From: Gammaproteobacteria bacterium
GTDB lineage: Bacteria > Pseudomonadota > Gammaproteobacteria > UBA4575
Length of the DNA: 64,000 nt
NCBI GenBank assembly: GCA_965221955.1
Contig: CBDCTA010000022.1
Span: 256,001 to 320,000, forward strand
Direction of reading: 5' to 3'
Of this stretch, positions 1-9,040 are shown one piece after another. Numbering within the stretch: position 1 is the first letter of the stretch; the number at the start of each line of letters is the position of its first letter. Under the pieces are notes generated by a model. That model ran no database searches. It was given only the letters and a program-made list of their open reading frames with translations, and was not told the origin of the DNA. A program made the translations under genes and the position numbers.

Positions 1-195
1 TTGCCCAATGTTGGTTCTGCGAATTGCGACCGTAACAATCTCTGCACCACTAGCAAGTATTGCAGCGCGTGTTTCTTGCAAATCTTTATATTTGCCCGTA
101 CCCACTAACAAACGTGAGGTATATTGCACGTCTGCAATCTTAAGCACATCTTGATCAGCACTTTCATTATTATTGGATATTGGACTAACTGTCAT
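1..195 (-). CDS. thiG: Thiazole synthase, 5' part (runs off window start)
   Basis: Manual translation from ATG at 195: [75 protein letters not shown] and EIVTVAIRR are ThiG signatures; thiS and thiO are nearby. Confidence 0.93.
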   Translation of the reverse strand, partial: MTVSPISNNNESADQDVLKIADVQYTSRLLVGTGKYKDLQETRAAILASGAEIVTVAIRRTNIGQ

Positions 196-257
196 AATAT
201 TGCTTATGTGTTACATTCGCTCTTCATGCAAAATTCCACAAAATAAAAAATTAATAA

Positions 258-893
258 ATGCTAACTCGAAGCTCTGCGAATACCGTTAACGTTTTTGCTC
301 TATTGTTGTTACCCGTTTCTATCATGGCACATGCTTTTTGGTTGCCAAGATCAGTAAGCGCAACCGCCATTTCCGATGCGGGTTTTATGTCTATCATAAC
401 ACTCACCTTCTTGGCTTGTGCACTGTTAAGTTTATTCGTAATACTTTTCAGCTCTGAGCTTACCGCTTCTAAAATAACCACATTTGCAGCGGCTTATGCG
501 ATTCTTATTTATTTTTTACGTGAAGCTGATGTTCATCGGCTATTCACCATCGAGCACGTAACCCGTCCCAAATTTTATTTCATGGAGAATGTACCGTTTT
601 GGCAAAAAGCTTTTGCAGCAATGGTTTTTTTAATTCTCGCGATATGCCTACTCTACTTATTGTTTAGGTATGCCTCTATGTGGTGGCAAAATCTACGTAA
701 TTTTCAGCCCTGGGCAGTAGCGTTATTACTATGGTTTTTAGTGTTATTGACTTCGCAGCTATGTGATAAATCGGATCTAAATCGAACTCATTTCGGTCGA
801 GCGATCGAAGAAAGCTGTGAATGCTGGGCCGCGATATTTTTATTCCTCACTGTGGTGCAAATCATCCCAACACTGAATTTGCGCAACTCATAA
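258..893 (+). CDS. Multi-pass membrane protein of unknown function
   Basis: 211-aa ORF with about 6 hydrophobic segments; no recognisable family motif. Confidence 0.65.
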   Translation: MLTRSSANTVNVFALLLLPVSIMAHAFWLPRSVSATAISDAGFMSIITLTFLACALLSLFVILFSSELTASKITTFAAAYAILIYFLREADVHRLFTIEHVTRPKFYFMENVPFWQKAFAAMVFLILAICLLYLLFRYASMWWQNLRNFQPWAVALLLWFLVLLTSQLCDKSDLNRTHFGRAIEESCECWAAIFLFLTVVQIIPTLNLRNS

Positions 894-905
894 GTAGCAA
901 CGTTT

Positions 906-1106
906 TTATCCCCCACCAATCGCATGGATAATTTCGACTGTGTCTCCTGCTTGAATAATCCGCTCAGTCAACGTGCTTCTCGGTATAATCTCTTGGTTGA
1001 TCTCTAATGCTAGTCTTTGCTCAGCGATTCCCAATTCTTGTAATAATTGTTGCGCAGTGAGCTTTTCACTGACTATTCTTAATTCACCGTTAAGTATAAT
1101 TTGCAT
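906..1106 (-). CDS. thiS: Sulfur carrier protein ThiS
   Basis: 66 aa, MQIILNGE start, C-terminal IIHAIGGG ending in the diglycine. Confidence 0.95.
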   Translation of the reverse strand: MQIILNGELRIVSEKLTAQQLLQELGIAEQRLALEINQEIIPRSTLTERIIQAGDTVEIIHAIGGG

Positions 1107-1148
1107 GATTAATCGTTTTTACTTCTCTTGCTAAGATAGTAATTATAA

Positions 1149-2252
1149 ATGCCAAAAAAACTAAATAATACGTTTGATGTGCTTGTCGTTGGTGGTGGCA
1201 TCATTGGCATGCTTACTGCGCGTAACTTACAAACCCAGGGTCTTAAAGTTGCAGTCATTGATAAAGGTACGTTGGGTAGAGCAGCAACTTGGGCTGCGGG
1301 TGGAATATTATCACCACTTAATCCATGGCAACAAAATAAAACAGCACAATCTTTAATTGAAGAGGGTCAACACAGCTTTGCAACACTTGCAAAGGATTTA
1401 AATCATGAAACTGGAATAGATCCAGAATACTTTCAATCAGGTATGTTGGCGCTGGATATTGATGAGAAATCTCAAGCATTAACTTGGGCCAAACAAAATA
1501 CTCAAACTATCGAACTTGTTTCAGAACATGCTTTATACAAACGCGAACCAAATCTAGCAAAAAATATTCAACAAGCGCTTTTTCTTCCTAACGTTGCACA
1601 AATACGTCCGCCTAAACTCATTGCAGCAATACATCAATCGCTACAGCAACGAAACGTCCGGCTGTATGAAAATACCACCGTCACTGAACTGATTTGTCAA
1701 GCAAATGAAGTAATTGGCGTGAGCACAACGCTTGGGAAACTGTTCGCAAACAAAATAATCCTTGCTAGCGGAGCTTGGACAAGAAATTTATTACAAAAAC
1801 ACACTAGCAATATTGAAGATATTGATATCGAGCCTATACGAGGACAAATACTTTTATATAAAACCCACGAGAAACTTCTTTCACATATTATTTTAAAGAA
1901 AAAAGCCTATCTGATCCCAAGACAAGATGGACACATACTCTGTGGTAGCACACTTGAGCGTGTTGGGTTTGAAAACCAGATCACTACAAAGGCACGTCGA
2001 AAATTAAAAAACATTGCACACGAATTACTCCCGACTTTAGAAGAATATGAACCGATAAAACAATGGTCTGCGCTGCGCCCAGGTACAAAACGCGACAGCC
2101 CTTATATTTGCCAACACCCTGAAATTAGTGGGCTATACCTAAACAGTGGACATTACCGCTATGGCATTATTATGAGCATTGCATCTGCCAGAATCATGAC
2201 AGAGCTAGTGGCTAATTCGCTGAACCTGTCACAAACTGCTGCTTTTGCCTAG
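1149..2252 (+). CDS. thiO: Glycine oxidase ThiO (FAD-dependent, DAO family)
   Basis: VVGGGIIG Rossmann motif, ATWAAGGILSP, IRGQ, LRP, SGHYRYGI; adjacent to thiS/thiG. Confidence 0.88.
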   Translation: MPKKLNNTFDVLVVGGGIIGMLTARNLQTQGLKVAVIDKGTLGRAATWAAGGILSPLNPWQQNKTAQSLIEEGQHSFATLAKDLNHETGIDPEYFQSGMLALDIDEKSQALTWAKQNTQTIELVSEHALYKREPNLAKNIQQALFLPNVAQIRPPKLIAAIHQSLQQRNVRLYENTTVTELICQANEVIGVSTTLGKLFANKIILASGAWTRNLLQKHTSNIEDIDIEPIRGQILLYKTHEKLLSHIILKKKAYLIPRQDGHILCGSTLERVGFENQITTKARRKLKNIAHELLPTLEEYEPIKQWSALRPGTKRDSPYICQHPEISGLYLNSGHYRYGIIMSIASARIMTELVANSLNLSQTAAFA

Positions 2253-2326
2253 TAGATAATTGAGTTTACAATCGATTTATTCAAGTTAACAAGGTGTTAG
2301 CACCGTAAATAGACTTTGTCTAAATT

Positions 2327-2770
2327 ATGTCTATAATCCCAAATATGAGCAGTCTGGATGCATTCCCAAAATCACGTGCTGACGTAGTCGCCTTGCTACG
2401 TGATTCAGGTATTACGCCCACCCATCAACGCATAAAAATCGGCGAAGTGTTGTTTTCCCGTAAGCAGCATTTATCAGCTGAACAAGTGCTCGCTGCAGTG
2501 AACCAAGATGATGATGAAGTTTCAAAAGCGACGGTATACAACACGCTTGGAGTATTTGCTCAACATGGTTTGATAAGAGAAGTCATTGTCGACCCCTCTA
2601 AAGTATTTTACGACTCAAACTTAAGCAAACATCATCATTTATATTATTCTGATAGTGGCAAACTTGAAGATATTGAAAAAGAAAATATCGAAATCTCAAA
2701 ACTGCCCAACTTACCTAGCGATCTACAAATCGAAGATGTGGATGTCATCATCCGCGTACATCGCAAATAA
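2327..2770 (+). CDS. Fur-family transcriptional regulator (Irr/PerR-like, HHH motif, no CxxC)
   Basis: GITPTHQR, HLSAEQV, VSKATVYNTL and YDSNLSKHHHL motifs. Confidence 0.88.
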   Translation: MSIIPNMSSLDAFPKSRADVVALLRDSGITPTHQRIKIGEVLFSRKQHLSAEQVLAAVNQDDDEVSKATVYNTLGVFAQHGLIREVIVDPSKVFYDSNLSKHHHLYYSDSGKLEDIEKENIEISKLPNLPSDLQIEDVDVIIRVHRK

Positions 2771-2819
2771 TAGTTTCAAAGCTCTTTTTTTAAGCCGTTA
2801 GCATTTACTCCTGCATCAG

Positions 2820-2895
2820 GCCGGAGTAGCTCAGTTGATAGAGCAACTCATTCATAATGAGTAGGTCAGGTGTTCGAAATCCTTATGCGACACCA
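2820..2895 (+). pseudogene. Degenerate tRNA gene (tRNA-Thr(CGT)-like body, anticodon now reads CAT)
   Basis: 76 nt GCCGGAGTAGCTCAGTTGATAGAGCAACTCATTCATAATGAGTAGGTCAGGTGTTCGAAATCCTTATGCGACACCA. D and anticodon stems intact and 3' CCA present, but D-loop GG is GA, three acceptor-stem pairs are broken and the T-stem is imperfect. Confidence 0.75.
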
Positions 2896-3080
2896 GCTCT
2901 AGCAGAATACATCCCTAAACAGTTTATTCTATAAGCTTTAGGAGATCTTTTGCGTGTGGGTATTACACGCAAATATATGGTGACGAAGTCACACATATTA
3001 TATGCTTAAGCAACGGGTACCAGTAGTAGATTCAAACCTTATTTCCGAAACCATAAATTCGACAATCGTTAACGTTTTTT

Positions 3081-6000
3081 CTAGTGCAGTGTGCTTTTAT
3101 CTGCAATGTCTTCTTTCAAAATTTTTATCGTCGCAGAGGCTGGGAATTCTGGGCCAAGAATAAATTTAGCGTTATCATTTCCGCTCCAGTTTAAAAACAG
3201 TCGTTCCCCATCCCATGCCCAGTCAAGTTCACCTTTTTGTAAAGATAGACCTTGAACTGAAAGAGAATTTTTTAACCATTGGTTAGGAATTCCAGCCCCT
3301 ATTACTACTGTATAACGGCCCTCATCTAATTCTTCATAGGCAAGCATATTAAATTGAAGAAGAGCCATTTCTGCTGCAGACCAATAATGAGGCGTTATAT
3401 GCGGTGGTGTATGCCAGCCTCTTACATTTTCCCAAAGCTGATAAGAATTTTCTTCACCTTTACCCTCCCACCAAGAATATAATCCTGGTGAGGCCTGATG
3501 CTTCCAAAACCAATTTAGAGTAGCCCAAGCCCGTTGAGGTTTTTCTAGAAATAACCATTGGTGTGCTTCTCCTATATCAAAATATGTCCACTTAGGAAAC
3601 TTGATAAAATTACCTTCTTCGTCTCGCAACTGTCTCCAATTACTTTCTAAAAGTCCCTCATACAATTCTTTCTTATCAACAGCAATTTGTGATGGCCATA
3701 GACCAACAATTCTTGTCCTAACATTATTACGGTCATTATGAGTTTGGATTTCTTTTTCCCAATTTGTTTTTAAATATTGCGCAGTTTTTTGAAACTCTTT
3801 AGCTTTATCGGAATAACCCAGTCTTTCCGCAATATCTACAGCTCTTGTTAAACCTAAATAGGCTGTTGCATTAACATAGAAAATAGGTTTTTGATTGTCC
3901 ATTTTTCCTTGAATCAAACCATTTTCTTCTGGAAACGCTATTCTCATCAACTCTATGTATTTTTTGTTTCTCAAGTCCGGAACAACCGGTTCAGAAAATT
4001 CTTTATAGATTTTTGTTTTTGCATAAAGCATTTCAGTAATAAGGTTAGTCTTACGCAACACATGCGGCCAAATCCAATTATCATAGTCCTCATCATTTAA
4101 TCGACTAGAAACCTCATGAAGAGCCCAGATTGCCAAGCCTGGTGCATCCGCTTCAGCACCAAATCCACCAAAAAAATCTTTTTTCGCAAAATCCTCAGCT
4201 AAGTGTTTTGCAGTATCCAATTCCCCTGCACGAGCCAATGCTGCAATTACATAAGCACCATCTCTCAACCAATTGACATCGTAATGCCCAGGATCTCCAG
4301 GTCTTGTTTCATTATTTATGAATCCTGACTTTAAATGAAATATCTGAGCCTCCAAGCTATTTATAAAATTCTTGTCTGGAACATTTATTTTCAATAAATT
4401 TTCAGATTGAGCTTCAACATAATATGTATTAGCTTCTCCAAGCACCTCTACTTCAACAAAATATTCAACGCTTTCGTCAATAAGAGCTAAAGCACTACCA
4501 AATCCATCGGGGGGCTCCCAAAAATTAATATTCTGATTGTTTAACAAATTAGGAACTTTTCGTTCATCATTAAATAAAATATTAATAGGCTTTCGTTTAA
4601 ATATAATTTTATACTTATCATTTACTATTAATTCATTTTCATTCCGAACAAACTTTCTAATTGGCGCACCCGATGGGCCACTGCTTGTTACTCTTAATGC
4701 TGCCGTCAGATCTTTAGTCTTTTTAGGCTTAAATTTTAAGCTCCATCTGTTATGCCCAGAAACTTGCCAGGTTGAAGAATATTGTGTTGTTTCAGTTGAA
4801 ATTGAATTTTCATTCAAACTTAGTTTTTGTTTAATTTCATCTATAGGGATACTGTTTGATGAAAATTCAAGTTTTCCATCTTCATTAAAAAATACAAAAG
4901 ATATGCCTAAACTGCCAAACCCAGGCGAAAAGCTTCCTCCTGGTTCGTGATAGCCTTTTAGATTTAATAGACTGCCAGGGTTCGCTAGAAGAACATGCCC
5001 ACGGCTTCTTGGCCAGTCAGCACTACTATTGGCAATCTCAAAAAGCAACTTACTACGTTCATTATTTTTTAAGCCGTATTTACCACTATTCAAAGCATTG
5101 GTAATAGCATTAAACTGATTATAATTATTTGCACCCACCAAAATAATCAACACGCTAACAATACCTAATACTAGTTTTCGGTAAGGTGAAATTGCACCTA
5201 TTGCAGCAAACATCACGAGTAAAGGAAGCCAATGAGACGAATATAGAAAAGTTTCATCGCCGTACAAAAGATGCAAAATTAATTGACTAAAAACTATTAA
5301 ACTAAGAACTATTGAAAAGTTCTTAAATTCAAAATAACGTAATGCTGACCAAATACCGTATAGTAGGAGTATTATCCACATAAAAGTAGCACTCCAGCCT
5401 AATAGACCCGTAGAACCTATTTTTGCGAACTGCACACTAACTATTGGAAATTCTAATGCGTACGGATTTTCGAGAAATTGAAACGTCGGCATTATCATGG
5501 AGTGTATAAAAAATGAAATAATTTTTTCTACATAGCCTCCAGCTGCTTCTGCTAACAAATATTCTTCTTCTTCTCGACTCCAAAGAAAGAACTCAGCACT
5601 TGGATAGAGATAAAATTGCACTAGCCATAAAAGAATTACTACAAGTAAAGCATCGAATGTTATACGAAAGAATTTCTTTAATGGCTTGTCTACTAATGTT
5701 GCATAGATACCAGCCATCCAATTCGTGATCGTCATGCTCAGTGAAAATGCACTAGCACCGATATACCAATTTGAATGTAGCTTTACATAGTAGTTAATAG
5801 AAACAACACACATTACACAAAGCATAGATAACGAGCCAAGTAAATATGTTTCAGGGACCGTACTCCAAAATACGGCTGATGAACTTACTGCAGCAAGAAG
5901 CGTGAACAAAACTGCATCTTCTCTATTAAGGCGAATTAATCTAAGCACTAAGAAAATAGCTACAAGCCACAGACCTGCAATGAAAGAAGTGAATATCTTC

Positions 6001-6278
6001 ACAGATTCAATTTTTGAGAATCCAGCGACTCGAAGTACTTTTACAGCAGGGTTCGTCGCGAGTGAAAATATTGGATGTACTTTGGTTCTATAATGATCAC
6101 TGTAGCGATCAGTCATATTTTCAAATACTCGATTAACATCTCCTTGAAACCAAATATTATTATTTTCAACTACATGCTCACTAACTAATCCACTGCCTAA
6201 ATAAGAGAAGAGCACTCCCGAGACAAATAAAATTGATGCAAGTAAAGCATCTAGCTTCTTTAAATGAGGGATTTTCAC
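3081..6278 (-). CDS. Fusion protein: polytopic N-terminal membrane domain (GT-C/DUF6080-like) plus C-terminal (alpha/alpha)6-barrel glycoside-hydrolase-like domain
   Basis: First ~390 aa have about 10-11 hydrophobic segments. The soluble C-terminus has WLRDGAY, EADAPGLAIW, YVNATAYLGL and PHYWSAAE motifs typical of six-hairpin glycosidases. Confidence 0.6.
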   Translation of the reverse strand: MKIPHLKKLDALLASILFVSGVLFSYLGSGLVSEHVVENNNIWFQGDVNRVFENMTDRYSDHYRTKVHPIFSLATNPAVKVLRVAGFSKIESVKIFTSFIAGLWLVAIFLVLRLIRLNREDAVLFTLLAAVSSSAVFWSTVPETYLLGSLSMLCVMCVVSINYYVKLHSNWYIGASAFSLSMTITNWMAGIYATLVDKPLKKFFRITFDALLVVILLWLVQFYLYPSAEFFLWSREEEEYLLAEAAGGYVEKIISFFIHSMIMPTFQFLENPYALEFPIVSVQFAKIGSTGLLGWSATFMWIILLLYGIWSALRYFEFKNFSIVLSLIVFSQLILHLLYGDETFLYSSHWLPLLVMFAAIGAISPYRKLVLGIVSVLIILVGANNYNQFNAITNALNSGKYGLKNNERSKLLFEIANSSADWPRSRGHVLLANPGSLLNLKGYHEPGGSFSPGFGSLGISFVFFNEDGKLEFSSNSIPIDEIKQKLSLNENSISTETTQYSSTWQVSGHNRWSLKFKPKKTKDLTAALRVTSSGPSGAPIRKFVRNENELIVNDKYKIIFKRKPINILFNDERKVPNLLNNQNINFWEPPDGFGSALALIDESVEYFVEVEVLGEANTYYVEAQSENLLKINVPDKNFINSLEAQIFHLKSGFINNETRPGDPGHYDVNWLRDGAYVIAALARAGELDTAKHLAEDFAKKDFFGGFGAEADAPGLAIWALHEVSSRLNDEDYDNWIWPHVLRKTNLITEMLYAKTKIYKEFSEPVVPDLRNKKYIELMRIAFPEENGLIQGKMDNQKPIFYVNATAYLGLTRAVDIAERLGYSDKAKEFQKTAQYLKTNWEKEIQTHNDRNNVRTRIVGLWPSQIAVDKKELYEGLLESNWRQLRDEEGNFIKFPKWTYFDIGEAHQWLFLEKPQRAWATLNWFWKHQASPGLYSWWEGKGEENSYQLWENVRGWHTPPHITPHYWSAAEMALLQFNMLAYEELDEGRYTVVIGAGIPNQWLKNSLSVQGLSLQKGELDWAWDGERLFLNWSGNDNAKFILGPEFPASATIKILKEDIADKSTLH

Positions 6279-6313
6279 AATGGAGTAAAAAATACTTATA
6301 TAAGGGTATTTTT

Positions 6314-6697
6314 TTATCTAGCAACAAATACAATACCAATAGAAACCAGAAGTGTTCCTATTATTTTAGATACTGTCAGTGTTTCACCAAGAAGCCATGC
6401 GCCTAAAATCATTGTTAATATAAAACCTAAACCAACAAATGGGTAAGCCGTAGTAACATCTAATTTAGCGAGCACAAATAACCATAATACGGCACCAAAC
6501 CCATATAAACTAAGTCCAAGGATTACATAGGGTGAAGAAAATATTGTTTGGATGATCTCTATAAAATTAGTGGCATCAAAAGACTTACCAACTGCATCAC
6601 TACTCATCCCCCGCTTTAAGGAAATTTGCGCTAAAGCAGAAAGACCAACACTGAATATGATTAAACAAAATATACGTAAAGTCATATACTTCTCCAA
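6314..6697 (-). CDS. SMR/EamA-type small transporter, ArnE/ArnF-like lipid-linked sugar flippase
   Basis: 127 aa, 4 TM; AQISLKRG, LWLFVLAKLDVTTAYP, LLGETLT motifs. Confidence 0.8.
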   Translation of the reverse strand: MEKYMTLRIFCLIIFSVGLSALAQISLKRGMSSDAVGKSFDATNFIEIIQTIFSSPYVILGLSLYGFGAVLWLFVLAKLDVTTAYPFVGLGFILTMILGAWLLGETLTVSKIIGTLLVSIGIVFVAR

Positions 6698-8145
6698 ATT
6701 GGTGTTGCGGCCAAACCCATTATAATTATAGAAAAGAAAACGATTAGTAATGTAATTTTATCTTTAATAGCAAAAATTACTGGATCTTCTTGTATATTAT
6801 TTCGTTCTGCCTGCATCCACATTCTACTAATCCAGTACAATAACAAAGGACAGAGCATCCATAAGACTCTTGGTTCGGAATAAATAAGGGTTACTTCTTC
6901 GCTATTTATATATAAAGCCAAAACTAGAATTGCAATATACCCTGAAGCCGTACCCAAACTCATTAACAGCTTTGTATCTGATGACAAATATCCTCTACCG
7001 ATGCTCTCCTGATTCCCTAGGGCAAACGTCTCCTTTAGCTCTATATATCGTTTTATTAGTGCTAAGCTCAAAAAAATGAACATAGAAAATGATAATAGCC
7101 AGAAAGATAGCTCTACATTTACAGCAAAACCACCCGCAATAATTCGAAGCGTATAAAGTGCGGCTAGTGATATAACATCAATTAAAACTTTTTGTTTTAA
7201 ATACAGCGAATAAAACAATGTAATTACTATATATAAAACAAGAGTAATTAAGAATGTTATAGGCAATAAGAACCATGCAACGATTAAACTAATTAGCATA
7301 AGAAAAGGTGAAGCGATTAAGCCAAAAATTATTGGTGCATCTCCAGACGCAAAGGGTCGTTTAACTTTTTTGGGATGCTGCCTATCAGATTCAAGGTCAA
7401 CCAGGTCATTTATGATATATATAGCAGAGGCTGTAAGACTAAATGTTATAAACGCCAAAACACCTACCACAAAGGAATCAATTTTTAATAGTGAAAAAGA
7501 CGTAGCAAGTGGCACAAACACTAATGTGTTCTTTAGCCACTGAGGTAGTCGTAAAACTCGCGCCAATACCAATATGTCAAACTTTCGCTTTTCAACGTTA
7601 ATAAAATCGGGGGCCAGATTATTTTTATTTAATAATTTTTTTAAGGAATTAGAATTATTGACTGTAAGCGCACGCCGAGCATTTTTCCAAACAGAGATAT
7701 CTGCTCGAGAGTCACCAATATAGTCATATCCGTTAACACCATAGTGCTCAGTCAAGAATTTACTCTTTGCAGCACCCTTCAAATTTATTTTTTCATCACT
7801 TGCATATACATCAGTAAAAATATCAAGGTGCTTTGATACAGATGCTGCAATCTTAATGTTTGAAGCCGTGACAAGAACTATATTTTGACCGTTGTCTTTA
7901 TAAAAACGTAATTTGTCGAGTAACTCTTGGTTATATGGAAATAGTTTTGGATTAGGGATTACAGCATTAGCGATTTTTGACTTTAAGAACGCTTTGCCTT
8001 TCAAAGCCCAACCTATAATTGAAAAAACATTAAATGGATTTTTTCCAAGAAACAGTAATATTGATTCAATCAGCGAATCAGTTTTAATAAGCGTACCGTC
8101 TAGATCTACACAGATAGGTATCTTCTTTTCTTCCACAGTATTCAA
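6682..8145 (-). CDS. HAD phosphatase + UbiA-family polyprenyl-phosphate phosphoribosyltransferase fusion
   Basis: HAD motifs CVDLDGTL, VTAS, YIGDSRAD, then RLPQWLKN and YIINDLVDLESDRQHPKKVKRPFASG of the DPPR-synthase-type UbiA family. Confidence 0.88.
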   Translation of the reverse strand: MNTVEEKKIPICVDLDGTLIKTDSLIESILLFLGKNPFNVFSIIGWALKGKAFLKSKIANAVIPNPKLFPYNQELLDKLRFYKDNGQNIVLVTASNIKIAASVSKHLDIFTDVYASDEKINLKGAAKSKFLTEHYGVNGYDYIGDSRADISVWKNARRALTVNNSNSLKKLLNKNNLAPDFINVEKRKFDILVLARVLRLPQWLKNTLVFVPLATSFSLLKIDSFVVGVLAFITFSLTASAIYIINDLVDLESDRQHPKKVKRPFASGDAPIIFGLIASPFLMLISLIVAWFLLPITFLITLVLYIVITLFYSLYLKQKVLIDVISLAALYTLRIIAGGFAVNVELSFWLLSFSMFIFLSLALIKRYIELKETFALGNQESIGRGYLSSDTKLLMSLGTASGYIAILVLALYINSEEVTLIYSEPRVLWMLCPLLLYWISRMWMQAERNNIQEDPVIFAIKDKITLLIVFFSIIIMGLAATPIWRSI

Positions 8146-8184
8146 TTTTTTATCATTATGATTGAAAGTCTAGTTTTATATATT

Positions 8185-8312
8185 CTTATTCATAACGAAG
8201 AGATCAGGCGTTTGAATCACTTCTCTGACACTAAACTCTAGCAAAGTATGCTTGTTAATAGCACACTCTATAGGTTTTAGGAGGCCTTTTGTGAGCGTTA
8301 TTACCCAAAAAT
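8185..8312 (+). repeat. Degenerate direct repeat of 2847-2975 (tRNA 3' half plus downstream flank)
   Basis: cttattcataacgaagagatcaggcgtttgaatcacttctctgacactaaactctagca...tctataggttttaggaggccttttg aligns colinearly with ctcattcataatgagtaggtcaggtgttcgaaatccttatgcgacaccagctctagca...tctataagctttaggagatcttttg. Confidence 0.75.
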
Positions 8313-8401
8313 TAGTTGTCGAACAAGCGACACAGAATTGTCTCTTAGGCAGGGAAGTACTATTTGTGTGTATTTTTTAAAAATTCAAATTTAGCTTGTA
8401 A

Positions 8402-8455
8402 GGCCTAAGCTCAATCAATATCGCCTTCAATGGCATGCATGGAAAGAGGTCAGCC
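8402..8455 (+). pseudogene. Possible tRNA-Ala(GGC) remnant
   Basis: cgccttcaatggcat[gcat]ggaaagaggtcagc resembles the tRNA-Ala(GGC) anticodon arm/variable region (gcgcttccatggcatggaagaggtcagc) with a 4-nt duplication; no T arm. Confidence 0.4.
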
Positions 8456-8821
8456 ATTGTAAGTAAGATTTTCTTCAGCTTGAGCTCTAGAGATGAATAA
8501 ACCGAAAAAGATTATCTAAGTCGCGCGTAGGCTCATACTGATAGTACTCACGACGATGCACTACCTGCATTTGAATTTATTCCTCATATTAGGAATGTCT
8601 CTTTAGCGTCATAGTTATAGCAACAATACTTATTAAATCTGCAAGTGTTGTTTCAATGTGTCAGAGTTCACATAAATCAGATGGTTGTTATTTACATTTG
8701 AATAAATATTCAACTATTTATACCTTTTGTCCTGATTTTAGTGCCATTTAAATCTATCCTCAGTCTTAACAGCCTTTATATTCAATAATCTTTGCGGGTC
8801 GAGGAGAGTCAAGGATGGCAC

Positions 8822-9040
8822 ATGTCTGAAATAAAAGAGCGTCGATCGAATGTAGATCGCCGCCAAGCAACCCCCATAAAACATTTCCCAATTTTAGATT
8901 CCGATGGGAATTTTATAGAGCATGATCGTCGCAGTGGTGAAGATCGCCGTGAGGACCCACGCACAACATTACAGTTTATGCGCGTAAACGATTTATTAGC
9001 TAAATTTGCCGAATTAAATCCAAATGATTCAATTGCCTAA
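8822..9040 (+). CDS. Small protein with two (E/D)RRxxxDRR motifs
   Basis: ATG at 8822 preceded by caaggatggcac; contains ERRSNVDRR and DRRSGEDRR. Confidence 0.65.
   Translation: MSEIKERRSNVDRRQATPIKHFPILDSDGNFIEHDRRSGEDRREDPRTTLQFMRVNDLLAKFAELNPNDSIA

Noticed and set aside
2820-2895. Functional tRNA-Met/Ile2 (CAT)
   Set aside because: The body resembles tRNA-Thr and the acceptor stem, D-loop and T-stem are disrupted.
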